A DNA stretch of 64,000 bases from the NCBI RefSeq assembly GCF_009914755.1, contig NC_060930.1; one strand, 5' to 3'. This DNA comes from the human T2T-CHM13v2.0 reference genome, Homo sapiens. Below the pieces are notes generated by a model. That model was not told the DNA's origin and searched no databases. It saw nothing but the letters and a program-made list of their open reading frames with translations. The position numbers and the translations under genes are program-made. Shown in pieces: positions 1-17,699 of this stretch. Numbering within the stretch: position 1 is the first letter of the stretch; each line of letters begins with the position of its first letter.

Positions 1-840
1 AATTCAACAGTACATTAAAAAGATCATATAGCATGACCAGTGAAATTTCTCCTTAGGACGCAAGGATAAGTCAACATATAAAATTGAATGTGATATACCA
101 CTTTAACAAAATGAAGGATAAAAATCATATGATCATCTGAATAGATGCAGAAAAAGCATATAACAAACTTTGACGTTGTTGAGAAATTGAAAGCTTTTCT
201 CTAAGATCAAGAACAAAGCAAGGATGCCCATTCTTGCTTCTATTCAGCATAGTGCTTGAAGTCCTAGTCTGGACAATTGGGCAAAAATAAATAAATAAAT
301 AAATAGATAAATAAATAAATAAATATAAATAAATAAATAAAATCCACCAAATTGGAAAGGAAGAAGTGAAATTACCTCTGTTTGTAGATGAGCTGATCTC
401 ATGTGTAGACAACCTTAAAGATTCCACAAAAACAAACAAACACACAAACAAACAAAATAGCTAGAGCAAAGAAATGAATTCAGTACAGTTGCAGAATGCA
501 AAATCAGTATACAAAAAGTACTTGTAATTCTATATAATAGCAACAAACTATTTCATAAGGAAATTAAGGAAACAATCCCCATTACAATAGCATCATAAAT
601 AATAAATCTTAAGAACAAATTTAACCAAGGAGGTGAAAGACTTGTGTACTGAAAACTATAAAATGCTGATAAAAAAATTAAAGAAGATACAATAAATGGA
701 AGATATTCCATGCCATGGTTTGGAAGAATTAATATTGCTAAATGTACATACTACCCAAAACAACCTGTAGAGTCAATGCAATCCCTATCAAAATACCAAT
801 ATTTTTTTTTTTACAGAAATGAAAACACAATCTTAACACT
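1..840 (+). mobile_element. Old LINE-1 ORF2 (RT region) fragment with internal (TAAA)n at ~286-340
   Basis: Homologous to L1 ORF2 (gatgcagaaaaagca, caaggatgccca, ggaagaattaatattg); parallels 7700-8560. Confidence 0.85.
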
Positions 841-1544
841 ATTTAAACCAATTAAACAAACCTATGATTTCAATTTGGTCAAATGTGTTAGAATGGATTT
901 CCTTTTATTGTTTTGAACTTGTCTCTTCCAAATTTCAAAGCCTGGTTCCTAATTTTTACTTGAAATACCAAATAACAAACCCACTTAATGAGCTCTGAGC
1001 CAGTTTTAGTAGCCAAACTTGTATTTAAATAGTGTGTTACATATTTGCACAAAAAGCCAACGGAGTCTAAATCAACACTAATTCACATCATTACTAGCAA
1101 TCTAAAACATCAGATGATAATTTTGCTGTTGTCTTTCAGGCAAGATATTCAACCATTGGTATTAAATGTTTTATATGAATGTGCGGTGTTTTATTTCAGA
1201 AACACTTCTCTGAATTCCCAAGGCCTAAGAGCTATTCATCATAGAGGTTTGTGGAGGCGGTAGTTAGACATTTTCTACATGCATAATGTTAATTCATTCA
1301 AACATTATAGAAAAAAAGTTTGTAAAGAAGTTAATTTTCAAGGTGACAAAAAAAGCAGATTGAATCATGTTTATTTTATTTCAATTTAAACTCGTTGGCT
1401 ATCTTAGGAAATTCACATTGTTTTTGAAGAATATATGAACAAAGTTTGATTCATCTTATCTATATAAGCATGAGAGAAATACCTAGATGAGAGTGAAAAA
1501 TGACTAATTTTGTGACCATTGTTATATCATAGATTAACTTGTTC

Positions 1545-1720
1545 TCTTCTACTTCTAAGCTGTGTGATCTTGAAAAGTCATCTAAACTTCAGGTACCATC
1601 CTCACTTGCAAAATGAGGGGAAAAACCCCAGCACCTTTAATATGGTGTTATGTGGATGAAATAAGTTAATATATATTAAGTGCTTAGGTTTCATGCACTT
1701 TCTATATAGTATTAATAATA
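1545..1720 (+). mobile_element. MIR
   Basis: agctgtgtgatcttg...cctcacttgcaaaatgagg...taagtgcttag resembles the MIR core. Confidence 0.6.
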
Positions 1721-2039
1721 TTATTGTTACATTATTATAGTTACATTATTATTTTTATTAATATTATTGGAACATGAATGGAATTGTTGTGGCTCATTTT
1801 AAAGATGCTGCAATGGAGACCAAGAGAAATTAAGTATAATAATCCTAGTTAAGGTACAGCCATTTCTAATTACATTTTCCAACTGCTGCTTTTACTCCTA
1901 GCACTCACACCAATTCTTCTCATAATCTAATAAATACTGAAATTTAAAACTTATAAAGAACACATAATAATCTTATTTAATTATCACAACAATTTCTGTG
2001 GAGTTACTATTAATCCAGAGATGAAGAATCTAAAACTCT

Positions 2040-2990
2040 AAATTATCAAGCAACTATTCCAGCTTTAAACAACAGTAAAACTGGAATTAAAACTAGAGTT
2101 TCTTTATGAGGCCAGTATTACTCTTATACTAAAGCAAGACAACTGTCTCTCTCTCACTCTCTCTTTCTCTCTCTCTGAGACACACACACACACACACAAG
2201 CACACACACACACACACCAGATCAATATAACTTATGGATGTTGATGCAAAAATTTTCAAAAAATTAATAGCAAATCGAATCCAGCAGTATTTTAAAGGAC
2301 TATACACCATGGACAAATGGGGTTTATTCCTGGGATATAAAGTTGGCTAAACTTAATGAAAATCAACCAGTGCAATAAATAATAGTAATTAAAAAAACAT
2401 AATTATCTCACTAGATGTACAAAAAATGACAAGATCCAACATGTTTTCAATATAAAAGCATTCCACAGACTAGGAATAGAAGGGAACTTCCTAAACTTTA
2501 CAAAGAACATCTACAACGAAACCACAGCTAACATCATATTTAATGGTGGAAGACTGAAATCTCTGAATATTTTCCCCTAAGATCAGAAAAAGACAAAGAG
2601 GTCTACTAATTCTATTCAACATTGGAAAGATAGTTCTAGTCAATTAATCATTAAAAAAAGGCATTTAGATTAGAAAGGAAGTAAAATTACCTCTGGCAGA
2701 TGACATAATCTTATACATGGAGAACTCCTAGAGATTACATACACACTCACAACTACCAGAGTTAATAAATGGGTTCTACAAAGCTGCAGGATACAATATC
2801 AATTCTCAAAAAACACTTGTATTTCTATACACTAGCAAATAACTCTGAAAATGAAAATAACAAAACAATTCCACTTGCAAGAGCATCAAAAAAGCATGAA
2901 AATCTTAGGAAGGAATTTACCAAGAATGTACAAGTTTTATGTACTGAAAAATAAAAAATGTCATTAAAAATAGTTAAAGAGAATCTAAGC
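2040..2990 (+). mobile_element. Old L1M (MB/MC-like) ORF2 fragment, outermost host of the nested L1 stack
   Basis: tttatgaggccagtatta...gatgcaaaaattttc...ggcagatgacataatc RT-region homology; contains (CT)n(CA)n at 2146-2217. Confidence 0.8.
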
Positions 2991-3613
2991 ACATTGCAGT
3001 TTTCTGACTCCAGGCCCGGGCTCTTGGATGGCATCTCTGGATCCACTCAGGACCAGGGAGAACTTGTTGCCCTGAAGGGAAGGACACAAGTCTGACTGGC
3101 TTTACCACCTGCTGATTGTAGAGGCCTAGGGCCTTCAGGGAACACAGGTGGTAGCCAGATAGCAGTTACCATGGGCATTAGGCATGACCCAGTGCTATGT
3201 TGGCTTCTAGTTTGACCCAGCACAGCCCAAGGGTGGTAACCACATGGGTGCTTGTGTCACCCCTCCTTAAGTTCCAGGCAGCCAGCAAAGAGAGAGTGAC
3301 TCTGTTTGGGAGAAAGTAAGGGAAGAGAATAAAAGTCTCTGTTGGTAATACAAGGAATTCTTCCAGATCTTATCCAAGACCTCTATGAATCTGCAACAGC
3401 CAAAGCATTATTAGTTTTCAGGTTTCCCCAGTGCAGATATGACTGCAATGATCAAAAACTTAGATTATAACACTCAAGTCCCATTTGATACCTGAAAAGC
3501 TTTCCAAGAAAGATAGGCACAAACAAGTTTGGACTGGGAGGACTACAATAAATACCTAACTTCTCAATGCCCAGAAACTGATGAACATCCACAAGCTTTA
3601 AGACCATCCAGGA
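2991..3613 (+). mobile_element. L1PB/L1MA-type 5'UTR fragment (continues at 10377)
   Basis: 5'UTR-like sequence ending aagaccatccagga; the element resumes after the L1PA with aaacATGacc (ORF1 start). Confidence 0.7.
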
Positions 3614-4975
3614 GGTGGCTGGCAAGATGGCTGAATAGGAAGAGCTCTGGTCTGCAGCTCCCAGTGAGATCAGTGCAGAAGGTGGTGGTTTCTGCATTTC
3701 CAACTGAGGTACCCAGCTCCTCTCATTGGGACTGGTTAGATAGTGAGTGCAGCCCACAGAGGGTGAGCCAAAGCTGGATGGGGTGTCACCTCACTGGGGA
3801 AGCACAAGGGGATGGGGAACTCCCTCCCCTAGCCAACGGAATCTGTGAGGGACTGCCATGAGGGATGGTGCATTCTGGTCCAGATACTATGCTTTTCCCA
3901 TGTTCTTCACAACCCTCAGGCCAGGAGATTCCCTCGGGTGCCTACACCACCAGGGCCTTGGGTTTCAAGTACAAAACTGGGTGGATCTTTGGGCAGGCAC
4001 CGAGCTAGCTGCAGGAGTTATTTTTCATACCCCAGTGGTGCCTGGAATGCCAGTGAGACAGAACCATTCACTCTCCTGGAAAGGGAGCTGAAGCCAAGGA
4101 ACCCAGTGGTCTAGCTCGGTGGATCCCACTCCCATGGAGGCCAGTAAGCTAAGATCCACTGGCTTGAAATTCTCACTGCCAGTGCAGCAGTCTGAAGTCA
4201 ACCTGGGATGCTTGAGCTTGGTGGAGAGAGGGAGGTCCACCATTACTGAGGTTTGAGTAAGCAGTTTTCCCCTCACAGTGTAAACAAAGCCACTGGGAAG
4301 TTAAAGTAGGTGGAGCCCACGACATTTCGGCAAAGCCACTATAGCCAGAATGCCTCTCTAGATTCCTCCTGTCTGGGCAGGGCTTCTCTGAAAGAAAGGC
4401 AGCAGCTGCGGTCAGGAGCTTATAGATCAAACTCCCATCTCCCTGGGACAGGGCACCTGGGGAAAGGGGCAGCTGTGGGTGCAGCTTCAGCAGACTTAAA
4501 TATTGCCGCAAGCTGACTCTGAAGACAGCAGGGGATCTCCCAGCACAGCGCTCGAGCTCTGCTAAGGGGCAGACTGCCTCCTCAAGTGGGTCTCTGACCC
4601 CTGTGTCTCCAGACTGGGAGACACCGCACAGCAAGGGTCGACAGACACCTCATACAGGAGAGCTCCGGCTGGTATCTGGTGGGTGCCCCTCTGGGACAAA
4701 GCTTCGAGAGGAAGGAGCAGGCAGCAATCTTTGCAGTACTGTAGCCTCTACTGGTGATACCCAGGCAAACAGGGTCTGACGTTGACCTCCAGCAAACTCC
4801 AGCAGACCTTCAGCAGACGGGCCTGAGTGTAAGAAGGAAAATTAACAAACAGAAAGGAATAGCATCAACATCAAAAAAACAAAAACAAAAACAAAAACAA
4901 AAACAGCACATCCGCACAAAAACCCCATCTGAAGGTCACCAACACCAAATACCAAAGGTAGATAAATCCACAAAG

Positions 4976-5996
4976 ATGGGGAAAAACCAGCACAAAAAAG
5001 CTGAAAATTCCAAAAAACAGAATACCTCTTCTCCTCCAAAGGATCACAATTCCTCACCAGCAAGAGGACAAAACTGGACAGAGAATGAGTTTGATGAATT
5101 GACAGAAGTAGGCTTGAAAAGGTGGGTAATAAACTCCTCTGAGCTAAAGGAGCATGTTCTAACCCAATGCAAGGAAGCTAAGAACCTTGAAAAATGGTTA
5201 GAGTAATTGCTAACTAGAATAACCAGTTTAGAGAAGAGCATAAATGACCTGATGGAGCTGAAAACTATAGCACAAGAACTTCGTGCAGCATACACAGGTA
5301 TCAATATCCAAATCGATCAAGCAAAGAAAAGAATATCAGAGATTGAAGATCAACTTAATGAAATAAAGTGTGAAGACCAGATTAGAGAAAAAAGAATAAA
5401 AAGGAATGAACAAAGTCTCCAAGAAATATGGGAATATGTGAAAAGACTAAACCTACATTTGATTAGTGTACCTGAAAGTGACGGGGAGAAAGGAATCAAG
5501 TTGGAAAACATTCTTCAGGATATTATCCAGGAGAACATCCACAACCTAGCAAGACAGGCCAACATTTAAATTCAGGAAATACAGAGTACATCACAAAGAT
5601 ACTCTTCGAGAAAAACAACCCCAAGACACATAATTGTCAGATGCACCAAGGTTGAAATACAGGAAAAAAGTTAAGGGCAGCCAGAGAGAAAGGTCGGGTT
5701 ACCCACAAAGGGAAGCCCATCAGACTAACAGTGGATCTCCCTGCAGAAACCCTACAAGCCAGAAGAGAGTGAAGGCCAATATTCAACATGCTTTAAGAAA
5801 AGAATTTTCAACCCACAATTTCATATCCAGCCAAACTATGCTTCATAGTGAAGGAGAAATAAAATCCTTTACAGACAAGCAAATGCTGAGAAATTTTGTC
5901 ACCACCAGGCCTGCCTTACAAGAGCTCCCGAAGGAAGCACTAAATATGAAAAGGAAAAACCAGTATCAGCCACTGCAAAAACATATGAAATTGTAA
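4976..5996 (+). pseudogene. L1 ORF1p remnant (in-frame stops and frameshift)
   Basis: MGKNQHKKAENSK...NEQSLQEIWEYVKR...FVTTRPALQEL; stops at 5204 and 5567. Confidence 0.9.
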
Positions 5997-6059
5997 AGAC
6001 CATCAACACTATGAAGAAACTGCATCAACTAATGGGCAAAATTACCAGCTAGCATTATA

Positions 6060-10166
<4,107 letters not shown>

Positions 10167-10376
10167 ACAATGAGAACACATGGACACAGGGAGGGGAACA
10201 TCACACAGCAGGGCCTGTCAGGCAGTGGGGGGCTAGGGGAGGGATAACATTAGGAGAAATACATAATGTAGGTGACAGGTTGATGGGTGCAGCAAACCAC
10301 CGTGGCACATGTATACCTATGTAACAAACCTGCACGTTCTGCACATGTATCCCAGAACTTAAAGTATTAAAAAAAA

Positions 10377-10965
10377 AAGACCATTTATGAAAACATGACC
10401 TTACCAAAGAACTATATAAGTCACTGGAGACCAATCCTGGAGTGACAGAAATATGTGACCTCTCAGATGGAGAATTCAAAATAGCTGTTGTGAGGAAATT
10501 CAACAAAATTCAAGATGACATGGCAAAGGAATTCAGACTTCTATCAGATAAATTCAAAAAAGAAGATGAAATAATTTTTTTAAAAATTCATGCAGAAATT
10601 TTGGAGCTGAAAAATTCAATTGATATACAAAAGAATGCATCTTACCAGCAGAATTGATCCTGCAGAAGAAAGAATTAGTAAATTTGAAAACACTCTATTT
10701 GAAAATATACAGTCAGAGGAGACAAAAGAAGAAAATTAAAAACAATGAAGCATACCTACAGGATCTAGAAAATAGCCTCAAAAGCATAAATCTAAGAGTT
10801 ACTGGCCTTAAAAAGGAAGGAGAGAGAGAGAGAGAGTGGGATAGGGGTAGAAAGTTTATTCAAAGGGATAACAATAGAGTATCAGTATTCAAATACAAGG
10901 TTATGGAACACCATTCAGATTTAACCCAAAGAAGACTACCTCAAGACATTTAATAATTGAACTCT
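10377..10965 (+). mobile_element. Continuation of L1PB/L1MA host: ORF1 5' part (ATG 10395)
   Basis: MTEICDLSDGEFKIAVVRK..., NEAYLQDLENSLK: older-type L1 ORF1. Confidence 0.75.
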
Positions 10966-11339
10966 CATTCAATGGGAAAAGTAAAGTCCTTTCAATAAAG
11001 GTGTTGGGATAATTGGGTATGCAAAAAATGAATTTGGATACCTTTCTTGTGTCATATACATAAAACCCCAAAATAGTTTAAAGACCTAAGTATAAGAGCT
11101 AAAACTATGAAACTCTTAGAAAGAAACACAGTAAATTTTTGTGACCTTTGATTAGGCAATGATTTCTTAAATATGATAAAATATGGTAAAAGCAACAAAA
11201 GAAAACATGAATAAATTGGATCTTATCAAAATTTAAAACTTTTTTGCATCGTAGAATACTATCAAGAGTATGAAAAGAAAACCTACAAAATAGGAGAACA
11301 TGTTTGGAAATCATGTATTTGTTAAGGGATTAGTATACA

Positions 11340-11395
<56 letters not shown>

Positions 11396-11535
11396 TCTTA
11401 CACCTCAACTATAAAGAGACGAATAACCCAATCTAAAAAAATAGGCAATAAATAGCTATTAGTTCTCCAAAGTACATACACAAATGACCAACAAGTTCAT
11501 CAAAAGATGCTCATCATCTTTACTCAGGAGGCAAA
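10966..11535 (+). mobile_element. Old L1M ORF2 3' part (continuation of 2040-2990)
   Basis: tcaatgggaaaag...ctttcaataaaggtgttgggataattgg...aaagacctaagtataagagctaaaactatg. Confidence 0.7.
11341..11394. repeat. (TA)27 microsatellite
   Basis: Perfect TA run. Confidence 0.98.
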
Positions 11536-11544
11536 TACAGATTA

Positions 11545-12085
11545 ATATTACAATGATATTAGACATGGATTTGTCATATACAGACTTTATTAAGTTAGAT
11601 TCCCTCTATGCCTAATTTGTTGAGAGTTTTTATCATGAAGAGATGTTGCATTTTGTCAAATGCCTTTTCTGTGTCTTTTGAGATGATCGTATGGTTTTCG
11701 TCCTTTATTTTGCTGATATGATGTACCACATTTATTGATTTGCATTTATTGAATCATCCTTCCACCCCTGGGATAAATCCCACTTGATCATGGTGTATTA
11801 TCTTTTTGATGTTTTTTGGATTCACTTTGCTGATATTTTGTTGAGGATTTCTGCATCTATAATCATTAAGGATATTGGCCTGTAGTTTTCTGTTTTTATG
11901 TTGTATTCTAGTCTGATTTTGGTATCAGGGTAATGCTGTTCTTGTTGAGCGTGTCAGGAAGTCCAAAAGACTTCTTCTTTAGTGTTTTGGAATAGTTTGA
12001 GAATTGTTGTTAGTTTTTTTTTTTTATAAGTTTGGTAGAATTCAGCAGTAAAGCCATCCAGTTCTGGGCTTTTCTTTGTTAAGAG
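11545..12085 (-). mobile_element. Antisense L1 ORF2 fragment (L1PB/MA-like)
   Basis: ttgttgagagtttttatcatg...ttttgtcaaatgccttttctg...gatattggcctgtagttttc is the reverse complement of the L1 RT-upstream region. Confidence 0.8.
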
Positions 12086-12094
12086 ACTTAAAAC

Positions 12095-12810
12095 ACACAC
12101 AACGCACACACAAAATGAAATATCACTTTCCACCCATTATAATTTACAAAGTGGAAAATAACTCGTGTTGATAAGAATGTGGAAACCTTGAAACCTTCAT
12201 GCATTGCCAGTGGTAATGTGAAAGAATCTTGCCATTGTGGAAAACAATTTGTCAGTTCCTCAAACAGTTCAACATAGAGTTACTGTATGAAATAATTCAA
12301 CTCCCAGGCATGCACCCAAGAGCATTGAAAACATAAGTACACACAAAAACTTGTACAAGAACAGTCAGATCAGTATTATATATAATTGGCAAAAAATGGA
12401 AACAATCCAAATATTCATCAACTGCTGAATAGATAAAATGTGGCATATCCATATAATTAAATACTATTCAGCCACAAAAATAATAAAGTACGGATAGACA
12501 CTAAAACATGGAAGAACCTTGAAAATATTAAGCTAAGTGAAAGACATAAGACACAAAACCCAACATGTTATGATTCAATTTAAAGGAAATTTCCAGAATT
12601 GTCAGATCCACTGAAGAAGAAACTTGAGTGTTTGCCAGCATGTGGGAGGAGAGGAAAATCAGTAGTTATGAGGTTTCTGGAATTAGTAGTGCTGATGGTG
12701 ACACAACATTGTGAATATACTATAAACCACTAAATGATACCTCTCAAAATGGTTAAAACATTACTGTTGTGTTATGTGAATTTTACCTCAATTAGAAAAG
12801 AAAAAAATCT
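12095..12810 (+). mobile_element. Old L1M (MB/MC-like) 3' end
   Basis: cacacaaaaacttgtac...atggaaacaatccaaat...gtgaattttacctcaat followed by an A-rich tail. Confidence 0.75.
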
Positions 12811-14044
12811 TATCAATAACAAAGAGAAATTTCCACACAAGGTGGGATCGCTTCCACAGTGCTACTCAATGCAGTTTAGCGATTGCATTTGTATTGGAGT
12901 AAAAGCATGTCACATTGCTTTTAACATTGGAGTCCAATACATAAACCTCTTTCACCATAACTATATGGAGTTCATTGTATGTATATTTATTAAAATGGAA
13001 TTAAGATGAATTTCACAACACAATGGATCATTTTTTTTTTCATGTGGAAAATCAGAACACATGCCTTAATGGTTACATGCCCCACCTGCTGCTCACCTAA
13101 AAGTAAATTTCCTCTAACTCAGACAAATATGTTATTTTCAAGGAAAAGAAGCCCAGAGAACTGAGATCCAGAAGAAATAACATGTATTGAAAGCACACAG
13201 AAGTATTTCAATGAACTCAAACCCAAGATTGTAGAAAACTCTCATGTGCCCCTGGGACTGATGTTTGAAAATACACATATTTTGCTCCTACTCTTTCCTT
13301 CCCCAGATCCCACCCTTCAGAGCACCCGACGATAATGGATAGTTTCTAGCAGGGTGTCTGGAATGGGCAAGTACCCCCAAAGTTATAGTTTGTACTGCAA
13401 GACTTGAACCCACTCTTTTTCTGCCCTCTATTATTATTTTTGCATTTTAACCATTTATTATTTTGAAAAGAAAAGAGAATTTTTAGAATATGGAAAGAGG
13501 AAGTGAATTAATAAAATAGCACACCCTACATAGAGACTGCTAATCCATCTCCAGTCTAAAGATTTAGTAATAGGCAAGAATATACATATCCAGGAATTTC
13601 CTTGGTGTTACATAAACAAAGGCGGCACATATGTATATTTTTCACAAAATATTCACTGTTTGAAGAAGGAATTACTCCCTTCAATTGAGTTCAGGCCTGA
13701 TCAACAAGTAGTGATTGGCCAACAGCTAAATGCAAAGTGCATGCTAAGTCTGGGGATACAAAGATGAATGAGAAAACATTTATGCCCTTAGGAGAAAAAC
13801 AAATATCTTTATCTCAGAGAATAGAGAAGGAGATTGATTCTCTTTGGGGGAGATGTCATCCTGAAGAGTATAACAAGTTCCCCTATAATTCTACTTTTCA
13901 GTACTGTTTAAAATACAACTGGATTTTTTTAAATATGTAAAATTTATATAATTTTACAAATGTCTTTGTTAAGAATTAAAACTATCATTAGTAAAGGACA
14001 CAGCTGGAAAATTGAAAACATTTTGGTTCTCTACTGTGGAAACA

Positions 14045-14530
14045 GAATAGAGTAACAGCAAAAAGCGTATTTCTGGAATTGGACCCTGACAACTCTGCTT
14101 AAACACTCCACCACTTTCTAGCTATATGACCTTGGGTAAGTTACTTAACTTCTTTGTGTGTCAGTTTCTTCATTTGTAAAATTGGAATAATAGATGCTTT
14201 TTTTGAGACAGTGTCTCATTCTGTTGCCCAGGCTGGAGTGCAGTGGCGTGACCACAGCTCACTGCAGCCTCAACCTCCTGAGTTCAAGTGATTCTCCAAC
14301 TTGAGCCTCCCAGATAGCTAGGACCACAGACACATGCCACCATGCCTGGGTAATTTTTTTTTTAAGTTTTTCATAGAAATAGTGTCTCACTAAGTTGCCC
14401 AACCTGGAAAATTGGAATAATAATTCATAAAATCTTCCTCCTAGATTTGTGAAGATCAATTGAGTTAATGTATGTAATGTACTTGGCACAGAGCTTGGCC
14501 CATGTAATCTCTCAATGAGTGCTAACATTA
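14045..14530 (+). mobile_element. MIR interrupted by an Alu
   Basis: tagctatatgaccttgggtaagttacttaac...cagtttcttcatttgtaaaattgg, resuming after 14408. Confidence 0.75.
14198..14407 (-). mobile_element. 5'-truncated AluJ-like
   Basis: T7 gagacagtgtctc...ctaagttgcccaacctgg; flanking 15-nt duplication aaaattggaataata. Confidence 0.85.
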
Positions 14531-14589
14531 CTTGTCTCACAAAAAGTTACTTACTTCCGTCTGGCACCAACTCCCTCTCCCACTTCCCA

Positions 14590-14870
14590 CAATCTGGTTA
14601 CCATTCATTCTTCAGTTCTCAGCTTAAACAATGTCTTTTCCATATGGTTTCATTGACGCCACTTTGGGAAAATAGATGTCTCTTCTGCTTGCATTTTCAG
14701 ACCTTTTTAGGTGTATACCTTAGGGCATTTGCTTTACTGACCAAAATTATTTGCCGGCTACTCTGTGCTTTTCATGACACACTGAATAAGACAGGAAGAG
14801 TGTTTATCTATGCTCAACATAAGATAGGCATATAATGGAAGCTTCGTATATATTTGTTGAATAAAAAACA
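14590..14870 (+). mobile_element. L2 3' fragment
   Basis: ttcagttctcagcttaaac...atatttgttgaataaa L2 tail. Confidence 0.5.
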
Positions 14871-15819
14871 TAAGGGGAAAATATCAGATCTAATAATGCA
14901 GGACAGGAGGCAAGATGGAACGGAGAGAACCTTGTCTGAGAAGAGACATAATTAAAACAGGGCATGGGAGGTAATAGAAAGATTGGAGGAAAAAGAGACA
15001 GAGAGACACAAATGTTTGTGGTAATTTGTGACAAGTAGCTTTGATTGTTCATGGCCTAATCTTTTAGGGCATGAGGTTATTTCATTCTCTGTAGCCCACC
15101 GAGAGTGCGTACAGTGACACATGTTATGTAAGTCCCCTTTTCCCTTTTTATAAATGTCTAGACCCCCTGTGATTTGAGACTTTTCTAGAAGAATTTAGCT
15201 GAAGACCATATTGTTTTTTAAATGTAGTATTTGGAGCCTAGAGGTGTCAGATAACTTCCTGCAAAGCTAATGCATTTATTTTGGGAATATATAAGCTCAG
15301 TATCATCATTACCAACAGTGCTCAGACTTGATTTTATTTTCATTCCAACAGCAAAGGAAAGAAAGCAACTTCTTTCATGCTTCCATGCCACTCTGCATCT
15401 CTCTACCTTCACAGAGTTTCTCAATAATGGCAACATTTCCAGTTCACCAATGGACTGAGAGATCATTGAGGCTAGACTAGTCTTATTAATCCTTATACCC
15501 CAGCTCCTAGCCGAACTCCTGGACACACAATAGATACTCAGATACATTTACTGAAATGCATATAGAAAGTTACACCTGCAAAAAAGATGATCTCTCACCA
15601 GGAATAAGAAAATATAATCTGGGACAGCCCATATATGAGATCTCTAAACAACCTACCTATAACCACCAAGAAAAAAAAAATACCTGAGTTTGAGATTTAT
15701 TTTTCCGTCTCATTTTTAATATATTCCAGTTAGTGAAAGAGCTAAAATAAATGACAAGAAAAATTTAATCTAGGTATTTAAACAGAATTATTCTGAATGT
15801 TGTGAGCTACATTTCTTTT

Positions 15820-16132
15820 TTACCTTTTATTTATACATAGTATTTGTATATACTTATACAATATATTTATTTTGTATATATAAATATATTGTATTTATTT
15901 ATACATGTAAATGTATAATATATTTATTTATACATAGTATTTATATATACATAGTATTTGTATATATTTATAGGGTACATGTAATATTTTGTTACACGCA
16001 TAGAATGTGTAATGGTCAAGCCAGAATATTTAGAGTATCCATTACCTTAAGTATTTATTATTTCTCTGTGCTAGGAGCATGTTAAGTCCTCTCTTTTAGC
16101 TATTTTGAAATGTACATTGATGTTAACTATCA
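15820..16132 (-). mobile_element. L1MA 3' end with AT-rich expanded tail
   Basis: gtatccattaccttaagtatttattatttc...agctattttgaaatgtaca; repeated tatttatacatagtattt units. Confidence 0.7.
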
Positions 16133-16189
16133 TTAACACAGAGTAATTGATATGTATAGCAAATAATATTTGCAGTAGGATATCACATG

Positions 16190-16910
16190 TTTACTTATTT
16201 ATTTATTTATTTATTTAATAAATACTTTAAGTTCTAGGGTACATGTGCACAACGTGCAGGTTTGTTACATATGTATGCATGCGCCATGTTGGTGTGCTGC
16301 ACCCATTAACTCCTCATTTACATTAGGTATATCTCCTAATGCTATCCCTCCCCCCTCCCCCCACCCCACGACAGGTTCCAGTGTGTGATGTTCCCCTTCC
16401 TGTGTCCAGGTGTTCTCATTGTTTAATTCCCACCTATGAGTGAGAACATACGGTGTTTGGTTTTTTGTCCTTGCGATAGTTTGCTGAGAATCATGGTTTC
16501 CAGCTTCATCCATGTCTCTGCAAAGGACATGAACTCATCCTTTTTTTGGCTGCATAGTATTCCATGGTGTATATGTGCCATATTTTCTTAATCCAGTCTA
16601 TCATTGTTGGACATTTGGGTTGGTTCCAAGTCTTTGCTATTGTGAATAGTGCCGCAATAAACATATGTGTGCATGTGTCTTTATAGCAGCATGATTTATA
16701 ATCCTTTGTGTATATACCCAGTAATGGGATGGCTGGGTCAAATGGTATTTCTAGTTCTAGATCCTTGAGGAATTGCCACACTCTCTTCCACAATGATTGA
16801 ACTAGTTTACACTCCCACCAACAGTGCAAAAGTGTTCCTATTTCTCCACATCCTCTCCAGCACCTGTTGTTTCCTGACTTTTTAATGATCGCCATTCTAA
16901 CTGGAGTGAG
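16190..16910 (-). mobile_element. 5'-truncated L1PA (PA4-6-like) 3' end with (TTTA)n tail
   Basis: actttaagttctagggtacatgtgcacaacgtgcagg...; the minus-strand ORF has [18 protein letters not shown]. Confidence 0.92.
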
Positions 16911-17699
16911 GCACTGGTCTGAAAATATCAATTCATTTAATTCTTTTAACAACCTTAAGGGGATATCATGGTACAAATTTAGAGCTTTCTTTTGTGTTTG
17001 TAAAATGGATTGATTCCTTTTCCCTACATCCAGCAGAAATATTTGAATTGAAGAGAAGAGTAATACCTAAGAACTAGAAATTCCTTTCTTATGTTTCAAA
17101 AGATATCAAAAGATCTAAGGAAGATATTCACATCAAAAATGAGTATTATAATATTTATTATCTATGGTGCACTTGCAAAAAAGAAAACAAGTAATAATCT
17201 GAAGATTTAAGTGAATATTTTATGACATTGGAGTACCACATATTTAGAAGAAAGCACCAGAGAAATCATAGATAGAAGGAAATGGAATATTTGTAGGATC
17301 AAGATAAATACAGCTTGTCATAAAATAAAGCAGGTATCAGGATAAAATCTTGAAAATATTTTCATTTCTCGTTATTTATAACTTCAATTTACTGTGATGA
17401 TTAATTGTAGGTGGAAGATTTACGAAGAGAAGACTGAAGTATAGACAAGTTGAAGTGCCACAAAATGAAAGCTAATGACACTGACTACTTAGGAAATAGC
17501 AGACTGGGTCCATATTTATAGATTGTCAATGACAAGGAATTTGCAGATGTTAATGAATATAGATCTGAACTTAAGTTGCAACAACCTTTCCCACTTTGAG
17601 ATGAATAATGCATGGAAGAGTAAAATGCAGATGTTAATAAATCAGAGGAAGACATCGTGCCAGAGTATAAAGTTGACAGATTTATGCCGATGAACTTGA

